From the sequence record DRR723986_3489: a DNA stretch of 64,000 nucleotides; one strand, 5' to 3'. The notes below the pieces were generated by a model, which made no database searches, had not been told where the DNA came from, and worked only from the letters and a program-made list of their open reading frames with translations. Positions 50,705-59,953 of this stretch are shown one piece after another. The position numbers were made by a program, and so were the translations under genes. Position 1 is the stretch's first letter. The number at the start of each line of letters is the position of its first letter.

Positions 50705-51172
50705 ATGCAAGATCCTAAGTCACTTACCTCTGTAGCTTTATTTCACGAAACTTTCAAACACCCGGTTTTACCATCTCCAACTATCCCTGAGAAAGTTAGA
50801 TGTGATCTTAGGGTTTCTCTTTTGGCCGAGGAACTGAAAGAGCTGGAAGAGGCTATTGCAAACAATGACTTGGTCGAAGTGGCTGATGCGCTTTGTGACT
50901 TGCAATACGTATTGTCTGGGGCGATTTTGGAGTTTGGACTTGGCGAAAAATTCAAAACGCTCTTCGACGAAGTACAACGCTCTAATATGAGTAAAGCCTG
51001 TAAAACAGAAGAAGAAGCCAAAGCAACTGTGGCGCACTACAATGCAAAAGGGACAGAATGCTTCTATGAAAAAGAAGGAGATTTATTCTTAGTGTTCAGG
51101 GAAGGCGATAGAAAAACACTGAAATCAGTAGCTTATTCTCCAGCAGATTTAGCTGGAATTATCAAATCATAA
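50705..51172 (+). CDS. All-alpha NTP pyrophosphohydrolase (MazG/PRA-PH-like)
   Basis: LLAEELKEL, EVADALCDLQYV, EVQRSNMSK. Confidence 0.88.
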   Translation: MQDPKSLTSVALFHETFKHPVLPSPTIPEKVRCDLRVSLLAEELKELEEAIANNDLVEVADALCDLQYVLSGAILEFGLGEKFKTLFDEVQRSNMSKACKTEEEAKATVAHYNAKGTECFYEKEGDLFLVFREGDRKTLKSVAYSPADLAGIIKS

Positions 51173-52033
51173 GGAATTAGGGAAGGAGGTTTTCAACTCC
51201 TTACCCTGATAATTCTTCAATTCTATAATTCGGGCCGGCATATTAAAGCCGGCCTTTTCTAATGCGGTCAACACCATCAAAATCGCGCTGCTTTTAACAA
51301 TAGCGTCAGATATCGCTCGATCAAATGTGTTAACCCAAAAAGTTACCTGAATATTCAGTGTGCTTTCTGCCATCTCGGTTACCCACACTGAAGGTAATTT
51401 GGAACTATCCAACACCCCAGGCACCTCTACGATTGCAGACTTGATCACTTCAATAGCGGCATAATAATCCGAGCCGTAATCCAATCCCACGATAAAATCA
51501 TAGCGAAGAAACCCATCTATGGTAAAATTGATCAATGGATTTTTCAGGATTATCCCATTTGGAATAAAAACATCTTTTCCGTCGCCAGTTTTAATCTGAG
51601 TATCCCGAAGATTCAAAGTCAGCACCTGACCTCTCATCCCGTTAATATCAACGATATCACCTACCCGAAATGGTCTTTTGAAAGCCAGAATAATTCCTGC
51701 CAAGAAATTTTCTCCAATATCTTTTAATGCAAAACCTATGATAAAGGCAGAAATCCCAGCTCCTGCCAACATTCCTGAGATGACACCTGTCAACCCTATA
51801 ATCCTAAAGACGACCAGCAAGCCAATCAGAATCACAATAGAGCCAAAAATTCCCGCTAGAAAGTTCGCAAGCAGATCGTCATCCATTCGCTTTACCAATC
51901 TTCTACTTAAAAGCGTTCTTGATTTCCTGGCGAGAAAAAGGAAAATCAGAAAAGTGGCAAGAGCGATTCCTCCTATAATCAGCCAATGCTTTACAGTAGG
52001 CCAATCAGTAGACAAAAATTCTAATTCTTTCAT
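51167..52033 (-). CDS. MscS-family mechanosensitive channel
   Basis: GFALKDIGENFLAG, PFRVGD, VFIPN. Confidence 0.92.
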   Translation of the reverse strand: MKELEFLSTDWPTVKHWLIIGGIALATFLIFLFLARKSRTLLSRRLVKRMDDDLLANFLAGIFGSIVILIGLLVVFRIIGLTGVISGMLAGAGISAFIIGFALKDIGENFLAGIILAFKRPFRVGDIVDINGMRGQVLTLNLRDTQIKTGDGKDVFIPNGIILKNPLINFTIDGFLRYDFIVGLDYGSDYYAAIEVIKSAIVEVPGVLDSSKLPSVWVTEMAESTLNIQVTFWVNTFDRAISDAIVKSSAILMVLTALEKAGFNMPARIIELKNYQGKELKTSFPNSL

Positions 52034-52055
52034 AGGTCTCAAAATACGAAAAATA

Positions 52056-52079
52056 GCACCGAGTGTTTACTCGATGCTG
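52056..52079 (-). terminator. Possible terminator after the lipoprotein gene
   Basis: AGCACCGAGT-gttt-ACTCGATGCT hairpin with an adjacent A-tract. Confidence 0.55.
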
Positions 52080-52106
52080 TCTAAACTTGATCCTGTGCTC
52101 CTAAAG

Positions 52107-54626
52107 CTATTTCAACGTGATAACTATATTTGCTTGCCCTCCTGCTGCCAAAGATCCGGCGATCCACCCAGGAATAGCGTCTGGACACTGCCCACTACAC
52201 CAAGTCGCTCCTAAAGAATAATAATAACTGTTTTGATAAATATAATATCGTGTGTCACCAAGTGGCCATCCGTAATAACTTGGTGGGTACCCTCCATTTA
52301 ACCAAGAAACGGTTCTCCCCTCATAGGGATGTTTATAGGACGTTTTGAATCCGTAGGTTGTCACGGTATAAGATTTTGCATCTGGATTGACCGGGACAAT
52401 CACTAGTGCATGTACACCATTTGAAAATGCACCGGGTACTACTTCATATAAATAATCCTTCGCCGTCACAGGGACATTAAGTATGATTTTCTTCGGATCG
52501 TTATTGACTTTCACTTTCCCTATCACTTCTTCTCGTAGGACCCATTCCCCTGAACCAGGAACTCTGAAATAAACACTGGCTTTGATCTCTTCCTCTCCTT
52601 CTATGATATCTCCATCCAATGCTTGATAATTAATCGCATTGCCTCGAGTAGTTGCAAATGTGTTTTTTCCGTCAAACATTCCGTACTTCCCTTCTGTGGA
52701 CCATTCCACTTTGTACTCTAAGGCTGATGTACTGACAATGTCATTGATATTATCACTTCGCTCCAAGTAAAGTCGCACGGAATGCTTCTCCTTCCCGCTA
52801 AGCGTAATGCCATCTGGCTTCATCAGCAGTTTTTGCTTTTTGACGTTTATCGTTGCGGTAGCGTCACCTATCAATGATAAGTCAGCACCTTTTTTAATAA
52901 AAACTTCTACCGTAACTGTTTCAAAATTATTTTCAGCTAGGTCGGCCGGATTTACCTCACTCCTGAAATTGACAGTGGCTGAAGTTGTTTCTATTTTAGT
53001 GCCTTTGGACGCTCCGGCTGCAATCAAGCCATATTTACCAGTAGTGGACCAAACGTAAACAAACGACTGTCCATCTGACAGCTGTGTTTGCGTGTCCGCT
53101 TTCAATGCCACGTTAGCAAATGGAACAGTAGATTCTTTTCCAGGATTAATTTTGACTTCAGATCGACGCGCTTTTGCTGTGAACTCCACAATCCGGTCTG
53201 AAAGGATCAGCTCAGTGGTGAGTTTGCCCATATCCAAAAGTTTCACGCACATCTCTACCGCCTTGATTACTTTCAGATATTTTTCAACAGCAGCAGCATT
53301 AGTATAATCACGATTCAAATCAATCCAAGTAGGCTTATTCAGGTTTTTATACTTATCTACAACTTTTTGAATAAATAATTTTTGAAATTCTTGGCCTCCC
53401 TTATCAACCATAAATTTCACGAATTCTTCAATCCCCTTTTTAAAGTTGCCACTTAGAACTAGATCCATGATTTGTGGAGACTGAGAAATTGTAGCTTCGA
53501 AAGCCTCAAAAGCAAAACCAGCATCTCCAGTTCCTTTGATCTCAGAAATTATCTCAGTAATAATGGGTAGAGCATAGTCCACATAAAATTGCTTTAGCAT
53601 CAATTTCTGCCAAGCAGCATTTTCTTCAGTGGTCATGGTGAGAGAACCGGCAGGCCTAAAAGCAGAACCAACTATGCGTACCTTATAAATCGCCTCATCT
53701 TCATTATCTCCCAAAGACAATAAAATCGGCTCTGATTCCTTTTTTGCATATTCCATTCCCTTACCAGAGATCTGATCCACAATAGTACCAAGCGTACTGC
53801 TAAATCCTTTGGTACCATCTACGTCATGAATAGATTTAGCTGCTTGAGTTGGCCCAATTGTCGGGATCAAAATCACCTCTTCTTTAGATCCTTTTGCCTT
53901 ATAGGCAGTTTTATAGATAAATGCTTTCCCTAGTCTACGGTAGTGATTGGCTATTTTTATATTCAGGAAATCATGTTCGAAAATTTGCATACCGCTTTGA
54001 AAACCAGTAGGGTCCACGTTAATTTGCCGCGCTCGCATATCCAAAACTTCTCCATCCTTACTATACTCAGTCAGCAAAGCTGTCAAGTCCTGCTCAAACT
54101 TGAGATTTTCGAGATAAAGTAAATCGTTCTTAATTCCTGTAGCCACTTTTGCCTTAAATTCCTCATAGCCAGGCAGCGGCATAGATGGGTTCAAAAATTC
54201 AGTGACCACCGCATCGGGTAAGTAAAATACTCCAGCTCCCAAGTAGAATAGCGCCTGGGCGGTAGTCTCAGCATTTATAGATTTATTTTTTTCGTTGAGA
54301 ACACCCATTAAAATCAACTTATTCGACTCATCGAATAAAAAAGCCAATCTAGTTACACTATCTGGCAAAATTGCTTTGGATTTGCCATCAGCAGCTACCG
54401 GAAATGTCATCAATCCCGTAGAGACCGTTGCCTTGGATAAATCAAAATTGACACCTTGAGGGAATGAAACTGCTACATCCACAGTTTGTGCAAGTGGGGA
54501 GGATCCTCCAGTAGGAGGTTTTGTAGGATCTGGATCAGGGTCTATAGGACTTTCCGGATCGCTACATGCAAATGCCAGTATCGAAAAAAGGATGCAAATC
54601 CATTTAGTGAGTTGTAAATTTTTCAT
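52107..54626 (-). CDS. Large uncharacterised lipoprotein (839 aa)
   Basis: Lipobox AFAC (Cys21), acidic/Pro-rich linker SDPESPIDPDPDP, duplicated WST(T/E)GKYG domain. Confidence 0.8.
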   Translation of the reverse strand: MKNLQLTKWICILFSILAFACSDPESPIDPDPDPTKPPTGGSSPLAQTVDVAVSFPQGVNFDLSKATVSTGLMTFPVAADGKSKAILPDSVTRLAFLFDESNKLILMGVLNEKNKSINAETTAQALFYLGAGVFYLPDAVVTEFLNPSMPLPGYEEFKAKVATGIKNDLLYLENLKFEQDLTALLTEYSKDGEVLDMRARQINVDPTGFQSGMQIFEHDFLNIKIANHYRRLGKAFIYKTAYKAKGSKEEVILIPTIGPTQAAKSIHDVDGTKGFSSTLGTIVDQISGKGMEYAKKESEPILLSLGDNEDEAIYKVRIVGSAFRPAGSLTMTTEENAAWQKLMLKQFYVDYALPIITEIISEIKGTGDAGFAFEAFEATISQSPQIMDLVLSGNFKKGIEEFVKFMVDKGGQEFQKLFIQKVVDKYKNLNKPTWIDLNRDYTNAAAVEKYLKVIKAVEMCVKLLDMGKLTTELILSDRIVEFTAKARRSEVKINPGKESTVPFANVALKADTQTQLSDGQSFVYVWSTTGKYGLIAAGASKGTKIETTSATVNFRSEVNPADLAENNFETVTVEVFIKKGADLSLIGDATATINVKKQKLLMKPDGITLSGKEKHSVRLYLERSDNINDIVSTSALEYKVEWSTEGKYGMFDGKNTFATTRGNAINYQALDGDIIEGEEEIKASVYFRVPGSGEWVLREEVIGKVKVNNDPKKIILNVPVTAKDYLYEVVPGAFSNGVHALVIVPVNPDAKSYTVTTYGFKTSYKHPYEGRTVSWLNGGYPPSYYGWPLGDTRYYIYQNSYYYSLGATWCSGQCPDAIPGWIAGSLAAGGQANIVITLK

Positions 54627-54649
54627 GGTAAAAGTAGTTTATACTTCTC

Positions 54650-54678
54650 CATCGAAATCTTTTACAATAGGTCATCAA
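54650..54678 (-). promoter_or_regulatory. TTGATGAC-N16-CGATG motif, putative ECF promoter of the lipoprotein gene
   Basis: Same motif at 56177-56204 and 59519-59546. Confidence 0.7.
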
Positions 54679-54721
54679 AACTTTAAAAAATAATTTCCAT
54701 ATAAAAACTTAGGCATTCCTC

Positions 54722-55459
54722 TTACTTGTCTTCTTTCTCCAATATGGAAATTAGCATTGTTGACTCTTCTCGATCAGCGGCATCGAGCAAAGGAATAGCT
54801 GCTTCAAAGTTACCTTCTTTGACCATAATCAGTCCTAAGTACCAATTGGCATCCTTGTAAAAATAACTTTCCTCTGTGCCCGTGATATTGCCTAATAGCT
54901 GCTTACTTTTTTGAAAATCATCTAATTCCAGATAAGATAGTCCTAAGAAGTAATTAAGTGTATCACTTGAAGGATTATCGGCTAATAACTTGTCCCATCG
55001 ATTCACAGCTTCACTGTATTCACCTAATTTGAAATCCACCATACCTCTGGCAAATTCATAATCGCCTGCTGATGACATCGTAGAAATCAGCCCTGGATCG
55101 GTATGATAGTAGGACTGAAAAATCTTTTCCTGAGGGGAAGTGGATTGAGTTGCCCACCAGATTCCAGCCAGAATAAACAGACTGATAGAGGCCGCTATTG
55201 CCCAATACATCAGGTGAATCTTGTTTTTTTCTGGTTGGACCTTTTCTATGTCCATATGGAATACATTCAGTTTTTCCTTCAATGCCGCTCGTTGAATGCC
55301 CTCTCTGAGATCTCGAATTTCTTCCACATTGATTCTAAAATCTTCCTCCTGACTCAGACGGGCTTCCACTTTTGCTATACTAGTGGAATCTAGATTCCCA
55401 TCGAGGTAATTTTCAATCAACTCAAAGTCTTCAGACGATATTTGCGCTTTATTATTCAA
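54722..55459 (-). CDS. Putative anti-sigma factor: N-terminal ASD-like helices, one TM, C-terminal TPR
   Basis: ELIENYLDGNL...VEARL; TM YWAIAASISLFILAGIWW; TPR-like YFLGLSYL and WYLGLIMV; TTGA overlap with the sigma stop. Confidence 0.72.
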   Translation of the reverse strand: MNNKAQISSEDFELIENYLDGNLDSTSIAKVEARLSQEEDFRINVEEIRDLREGIQRAALKEKLNVFHMDIEKVQPEKNKIHLMYWAIAASISLFILAGIWWATQSTSPQEKIFQSYYHTDPGLISTMSSAGDYEFARGMVDFKLGEYSEAVNRWDKLLADNPSSDTLNYFLGLSYLELDDFQKSKQLLGNITGTEESYFYKDANWYLGLIMVKEGNFEAAIPLLDAADREESTMLISILEKEDK

Positions 55460-56028
55460 CTCTCTTTTTCTCCTTCCTGTATGATATTTTTAAGCTTCTG
55501 CATGCAGCGATATTTGTTGTTTTTGGCCGTTTGGGCTGTCCAACCCATCGCCCTTGATACTTGAGTCAACGATTCTTTTTTGTAATAAAACCTTGTCAGA
55601 AGTTCATGACAATCCTTGCCAATTTTCTGAAAAGCATATTCTATTTTTAAATAGTACGCTTCCTTATCATGTACTTCAAGATTCGGAAAATCGGTTATAT
55701 CTCGCTCTTCAAGGGGTACTGTCTTTTTTGTTTTAGACGATCTTAAGTGATCCAACCATTTGTTCTTAGCAATTTGAAATAGGTAGCCAACGAGGGCAGA
55801 TTCATTTTCCGGTGCAAATTTCCCCGATCTGATATTCGTCCAGAAAGAAATAAATGCATCCTGAAATATATCTTTTGCCTGATCTTCACTACCACTATTT
55901 CTCAGTATAAAATGCTGCACTTTTGGAAAACCTAACTTATATATCGACTGTAACACAACATTATCGTTATTGATAATGGCCTTAGTGAGTTCCTCCTGTG
56001 AATAAGAATTAAAAATATCCTTTGGCAT
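55456..56028 (-). CDS. ECF sigma-70 family factor
   Basis: Region 2 AKDIFQDAFISFW...YLFQIAKNKWLDHLR; region 4 ELLTRFYYKKESLTQVS...AKNNKYRCMQKL. Alternative TTG start at 56046. Confidence 0.92.
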   Translation of the reverse strand: MPKDIFNSYSQEELTKAIINNDNVVLQSIYKLGFPKVQHFILRNSGSEDQAKDIFQDAFISFWTNIRSGKFAPENESALVGYLFQIAKNKWLDHLRSSKTKKTVPLEERDITDFPNLEVHDKEAYYLKIEYAFQKIGKDCHELLTRFYYKKESLTQVSRAMGWTAQTAKNNKYRCMQKLKNIIQEGEKES

Positions 56029-56176
56029 ACTTGTTACAATTGCCAAGAAGATACAATTAAATGTATTTCAGCTCAAGAATATTTGAGGAAATAGATCAAT
56101 AGACATATGCTCAGCTTCTAAATATTAGGATTGAGATTATTACTTCCCTTCACAATTAAGATTGAACTCATTATAT

Positions 56177-56204
56177 CATCGGCCAAAGGCAAAAATGTCA
56201 TCAA
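56177..56204 (-). promoter_or_regulatory. TTGATGAC-N15-CGATG motif upstream of the sigma gene, overlapping the CHAT stop codon
   Basis: Same motif at 54650-54678 and 59519-59546. Confidence 0.65.
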
Positions 56205-59200
56205 CCCTTGGGATTTTTGATTAGTTTAAAAACAAACCAACTTCCAATCAAACCAAGAAGAATTAAAGTGACTATCCAATACATAGGAACCGGTTTCTCC
56301 AACGCTAAGGGCTCAGTAGATCCCATGACAATTAATCCTGCCCAGAAATTCGGAGCTAATGCGCGACTTTCGGCAGTAGATAGGTAATTCAGCTTCGCGA
56401 CTCTTAATGCTTGATCTTTAGTCAAGCCCTTGGCAAGATTTTCATAAAAATCCATTGCAATATCTGAGCTAGCATGTTCGTCTATTTTCCAGATACCCAT
56501 CAGCATGCTTTTACTTCCTGCATAGTTAAAAGCATGCGCCAGCGAAATCATCCCCTCGCCTGGTGAATAGGAAGGTTTTCCTGATTCACACGCAATGAGT
56601 ACCGCCAATTCCGAACTCAAATCCATCGCATAAATATCCTTCACGAAGAGCGAGTTCTCGTCTTCTGGATGATTCGTTGACTTCGCGAAAAATAAACGAG
56701 AGAGATTAGGACTAATATTATTCGATTCTGCATGAGTTCCGATATGGATAATCTTGTGCTTTCCGGCCTCGAGTTTAAATCTATTCACAGTTGATTTTTC
56801 ATCTGTAAAAATCCTACCTCCAAAAATTTTAGAAATCCCTGCGACAAGTTGTTTGGTAAAAGGTTGGGGCAAAAGAGTCAGATAAGCACGATCAAGGGTC
56901 AGCGAATCTTTCACTTCGCTGAGGTAGCTCTCTTTCATTACATCAAAAAACCCGGGAGCAAAAGCCACGAATTCGGATTCATACGAAGCTGATTTCCTAC
57001 CATAATCAAACAAAAGTGTGCTATAATGGTAAGAAAAGCTATGCGATGCAATCAGGCTTTTTGTCGCTAATTCTGAATAACGATGAATGCGTTGTGGGGT
57101 CAAAATCTCAAAACTCAAATTAAATAACAGACCATCCGGAACGATCAGCACATGCTCAGTAGTTATGTAGGGCTCTAAAGGCATCCAAAGTCGGTCATAT
57201 AGCTGCTTCAAATCAGCGGTCGATTGCTTTTCATCAGACCAATTGTCTTGCAATCGGTTCAAAATCGTTGAAAGGCCTTCAAACTCCAACTCTATAAGGC
57301 TCTTCTGATCTTGCTTCATTACTAATGCCTTCAGCTCCGTTCCAACAAAAAAATATCGGATCACAGAAGTGTTATCAGGGATTGATTCCTGGATTTTATC
57401 AATAGATCTTTCCAAACTTGCGTACCTGAAATCATAATAGGTTGAGTATTGAGTCCTTAGGTTTTCCACAAATCTCTCCCATTCATGATTCGCTAGGAGA
57501 TAATTTTGCACCCCATCTACTTCATTATTAAGAGCATTTTCAAGTTTTGATTTTAATGCTTCTTCTTCCTCAAAAATCTCAATTGGCACATTTGCAAAGC
57601 GCAGCTGTCCATTTTGTTCTAGCCTCAGACGGATCTTTTGATATATCCCAGATTCGTGTAAGCTTAGCAAATCCTCAACATAAGACTCGTCGTTGGTCTT
57701 TTGATAAAGCTCAAAAGTCAGTTGCTTCAAGAAATCAAAATAATCCTTATTGTCCTGAATCAGCAGATTTACATCATCCTCGGATTCCAAAAATGTTTTC
57801 CTCCTCTCCAGAAATTCAACTCCTTCGTCTAATTCACTTACCAGAGACTTCAAAAAGGCTGGACTTCTTTCCGTTTCCAAGTAATATTGAGACTTCACTT
57901 TAAGCAAAATTGCCTGAGGCTTTTTCAGATTTACACGGATAGAGTCCAGTCTTTCGGTTTGATTTACAAGATGCATTTTCAGGATTTGCAATGCCTCTAT
58001 ACTCAGATTTTGAGCCTTTCTGTAATTTCCAGAAATGAATGAAACATCTGCCATGCTCAATGATTGATCAAAGAGTTGGAGACTAGTCCCATTTCCAATG
58101 GTATTTAAATATTGATATGCCTTAGAGGCAGTACTTTCCGCTAGACTTTGGTTTCTATTTTCGGCTAAAAACTTACTATAGTTAGTTAGAAACTCGAGGT
58201 AAACAAGGTCAAAATCACCGCCAAGTACATTTTGGTATAGTGCATCTGCCCGTTGATAGTATGTCAAAGCTAATTCATCATTTCCCTCATAATCTTCCAC
58301 TCTCGCCAAGGCATTCCATCCGTCAGCCTCCCAAAAGTCTCGGTTTCCAGCAATTTGCTTCAGTCCATCCAAACCCGTCTGAAGGATAGCTCTGGCATCT
58401 TCCATTTCAAACATTTCATAGTATAGCTGACCCAAGAGAATTTTGGAATTGATTACTTCTTTATTGGCTAACCCAAATGAACTCAACTTCTTAGAATGAG
58501 CATATTCAAGCAGATTTTTAGCTTTTTGAAAATTCCCAAGTTCTTTATAAATGCCTCCAAGGTTATCTACCGCTTGTAGGTAAAACTCTAAAGTTTTATT
58601 CTTTTCCGCTGGATCACTCAATGAATCTTGATAGAAAACAAGATTACTGAGCACCTTTTCCATAGACTGAATTGCTTGGCTCATATGGCCTGAAGCACTC
58701 TGAACCCCGGATAGATTATTGTAAATCAGGGCTGTTCGATAATACTTATTTCTTGGAGTTTGGTTCAGCAGAGAGATCGCCTCAAGGCATTGTTCATAAT
58801 AATACTCTGCTGAATCTAACTTGGAAGAAAAATAGGAAAGGTTGCCCAGATAGCTATTTGTGAGGTAAACCGACTCTGGATCTGGGTCTTTTAGGAGGAA
58901 ATCAAGTGCCTCATGGAGATGCATTTTGGCAGATTCCAGATCCATTCGATTGATAGAATAGGCGCCAAGATTCATCTTGATCTTTCCCTTTTCCTTATCA
59001 CTAACTACTCCTTGGCTCTTTATCGCAGCATCGAATGCTTTGAGTTCAAACTGATATGCTGATTCTGTGTCTCCAAGGTATTCATACCAATTGGCCGCAG
59101 TCATCCAAAGGTCTTTTTGATAGATAGGGCCAGGCATTTGCTTTTCCCATCCCAAAATCAAATCATCCATCATTTGAATTGCCACTGGATAAGCATGAAT

Positions 59201-59428
59201 CTCTAGTAATGCTCTTCCATATACTTCCAAATAATCAGGTATTACTTCCTGTTGCTTATTCTTTACTACTTCTGAAAGAACTTGCTTAAGCTCTTTCAAC
59301 GCAACCGCTGCTTGATCCATGGAGATCAAACTATCTAAAGACTTTATTTTCGAATCTAAAGTCTGCCCTTCTACCAAAAAAGACAAAAGAACGAAAAGTA
59401 AAGAAGTTGCATATTGAAGAGGTTTCAT
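56201..59428 (-). CDS. TPR-CHAT (caspase-like) protease with signal peptide and C-terminal TM anchor
   Basis: N-terminal hydrophobic signal; many TPR-like helices; LIVPDGLLFNLSFE, IIHIGTHA (His), VLIACESG (Cys), GEGMISLAHAF, FWAGLIVMG; C-terminal TM followed by basic residues. Confidence 0.92.
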   Translation of the reverse strand: MKPLQYATSLLFVLLSFLVEGQTLDSKIKSLDSLISMDQAAVALKELKQVLSEVVKNKQQEVIPDYLEVYGRALLEIHAYPVAIQMMDDLILGWEKQMPGPIYQKDLWMTAANWYEYLGDTESAYQFELKAFDAAIKSQGVVSDKEKGKIKMNLGAYSINRMDLESAKMHLHEALDFLLKDPDPESVYLTNSYLGNLSYFSSKLDSAEYYYEQCLEAISLLNQTPRNKYYRTALIYNNLSGVQSASGHMSQAIQSMEKVLSNLVFYQDSLSDPAEKNKTLEFYLQAVDNLGGIYKELGNFQKAKNLLEYAHSKKLSSFGLANKEVINSKILLGQLYYEMFEMEDARAILQTGLDGLKQIAGNRDFWEADGWNALARVEDYEGNDELALTYYQRADALYQNVLGGDFDLVYLEFLTNYSKFLAENRNQSLAESTASKAYQYLNTIGNGTSLQLFDQSLSMADVSFISGNYRKAQNLSIEALQILKMHLVNQTERLDSIRVNLKKPQAILLKVKSQYYLETERSPAFLKSLVSELDEGVEFLERRKTFLESEDDVNLLIQDNKDYFDFLKQLTFELYQKTNDESYVEDLLSLHESGIYQKIRLRLEQNGQLRFANVPIEIFEEEEALKSKLENALNNEVDGVQNYLLANHEWERFVENLRTQYSTYYDFRYASLERSIDKIQESIPDNTSVIRYFFVGTELKALVMKQDQKSLIELEFEGLSTILNRLQDNWSDEKQSTADLKQLYDRLWMPLEPYITTEHVLIVPDGLLFNLSFEILTPQRIHRYSELATKSLIASHSFSYHYSTLLFDYGRKSASYESEFVAFAPGFFDVMKESYLSEVKDSLTLDRAYLTLLPQPFTKQLVAGISKIFGGRIFTDEKSTVNRFKLEAGKHKIIHIGTHAESNNISPNLSRLFFAKSTNHPEDENSLFVKDIYAMDLSSELAVLIACESGKPSYSPGEGMISLAHAFNYAGSKSMLMGIWKIDEHASSDIAMDFYENLAKGLTKDQALRVAKLNYLSTAESRALAPNFWAGLIVMGSTEPLALEKPVPMYWIVTLILLGLIGSWFVFKLIKNPKG

Positions 59429-59518
59429 TTAGATAAGAGGCTTCTTTGAAAAAAGGATGCAAATTATATCCCTTAAAAGTTAGAAATAATCCGGGTGAAA
59501 AATGCCCAGACAAATTCA

Positions 59519-59546
59519 CATCGGTCAAAATGAATAAAGTCATCAA
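59519..59546 (-). promoter_or_regulatory. TTGATGAC-N15-CGATG motif upstream of the CHAT gene
   Basis: Same motif at 54650-54678 and 56177-56204. Confidence 0.7.
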
Positions 59547-59562
59547 AAAAGTATTAAAACAC

Positions 59563-59589
59563 AAAAAGCCCCACATTTCTGTGAGGCTT
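59563..59589 (-). terminator. Terminator-like hairpin after tRNA-Leu
   Basis: AAGCCTCACAG...TGTGGGGCTTTT on the minus strand. Confidence 0.6.
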
Positions 59590-59592
59590 ATG

Positions 59593-59676
59593 TACCAGGA
59601 GCGGGAATCGAACCCGCACGGCCTTACGGCCACAAGATTTTAAGTCTTGCGTGTCTACCTATTCCACCATCCCGGC
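59593..59676 (-). tRNA. tRNA-Leu (anticodon TAA)
   Basis: GCCGGGATGGTGGAATAGGTAGACACG-CAAGA-CTTAAAA-TCTTG, long variable arm, GGTTCGATTCC; CCA not encoded. Confidence 0.96.
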
Positions 59677-59743
59677 TTCACTCCAGCTTTTTGGAGCTAC
59701 TGTTTTCTTGAAACAAGAAAGCCCTTGAATCAAGGGCTTTTTG

Positions 59744-59816
<73 letters not shown>

Positions 59817-59953
59817 GTTGTTAACTGAAACGTGATCCAGTTGAATTGTGGATGCAAAGGTAAGCGTCATTAATAAAATCGCAAGCATTCATTCGTTATT
59901 TTTTTCACACATTCTAAAAAAACTGGAGTTTACCGTTGATTTACAGACAAGTA

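Noticed and set aside
51678-52214. 178-aa plus-strand ORF and the many other 60-140 aa antisense ORFs in the track
   Set aside because: They are shadows of well-supported genes on the opposite strand or frame, with no recognisable motifs.
56201-59428. TPR-CHAT as part of a type III-E CRISPR (Craspase) locus or a gasdermin system
   Set aside because: No Cas7-11, array or gasdermin-like neighbour is visible, and the protease appears exported and membrane-anchored. Only the mechanistic analogy is kept.
59331-59643. ORFs 59331-59633 (-) and 59446-59643 (+)
   Set aside because: They overlap tRNA-Leu, its terminator and the CHAT promoter region, and show no protein motifs.
52050-59676. Active integrative element or prophage at tRNA-Leu
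   Set aside because: No integrase, phage genes or direct repeat of the tRNA 3' end could be found by eye.
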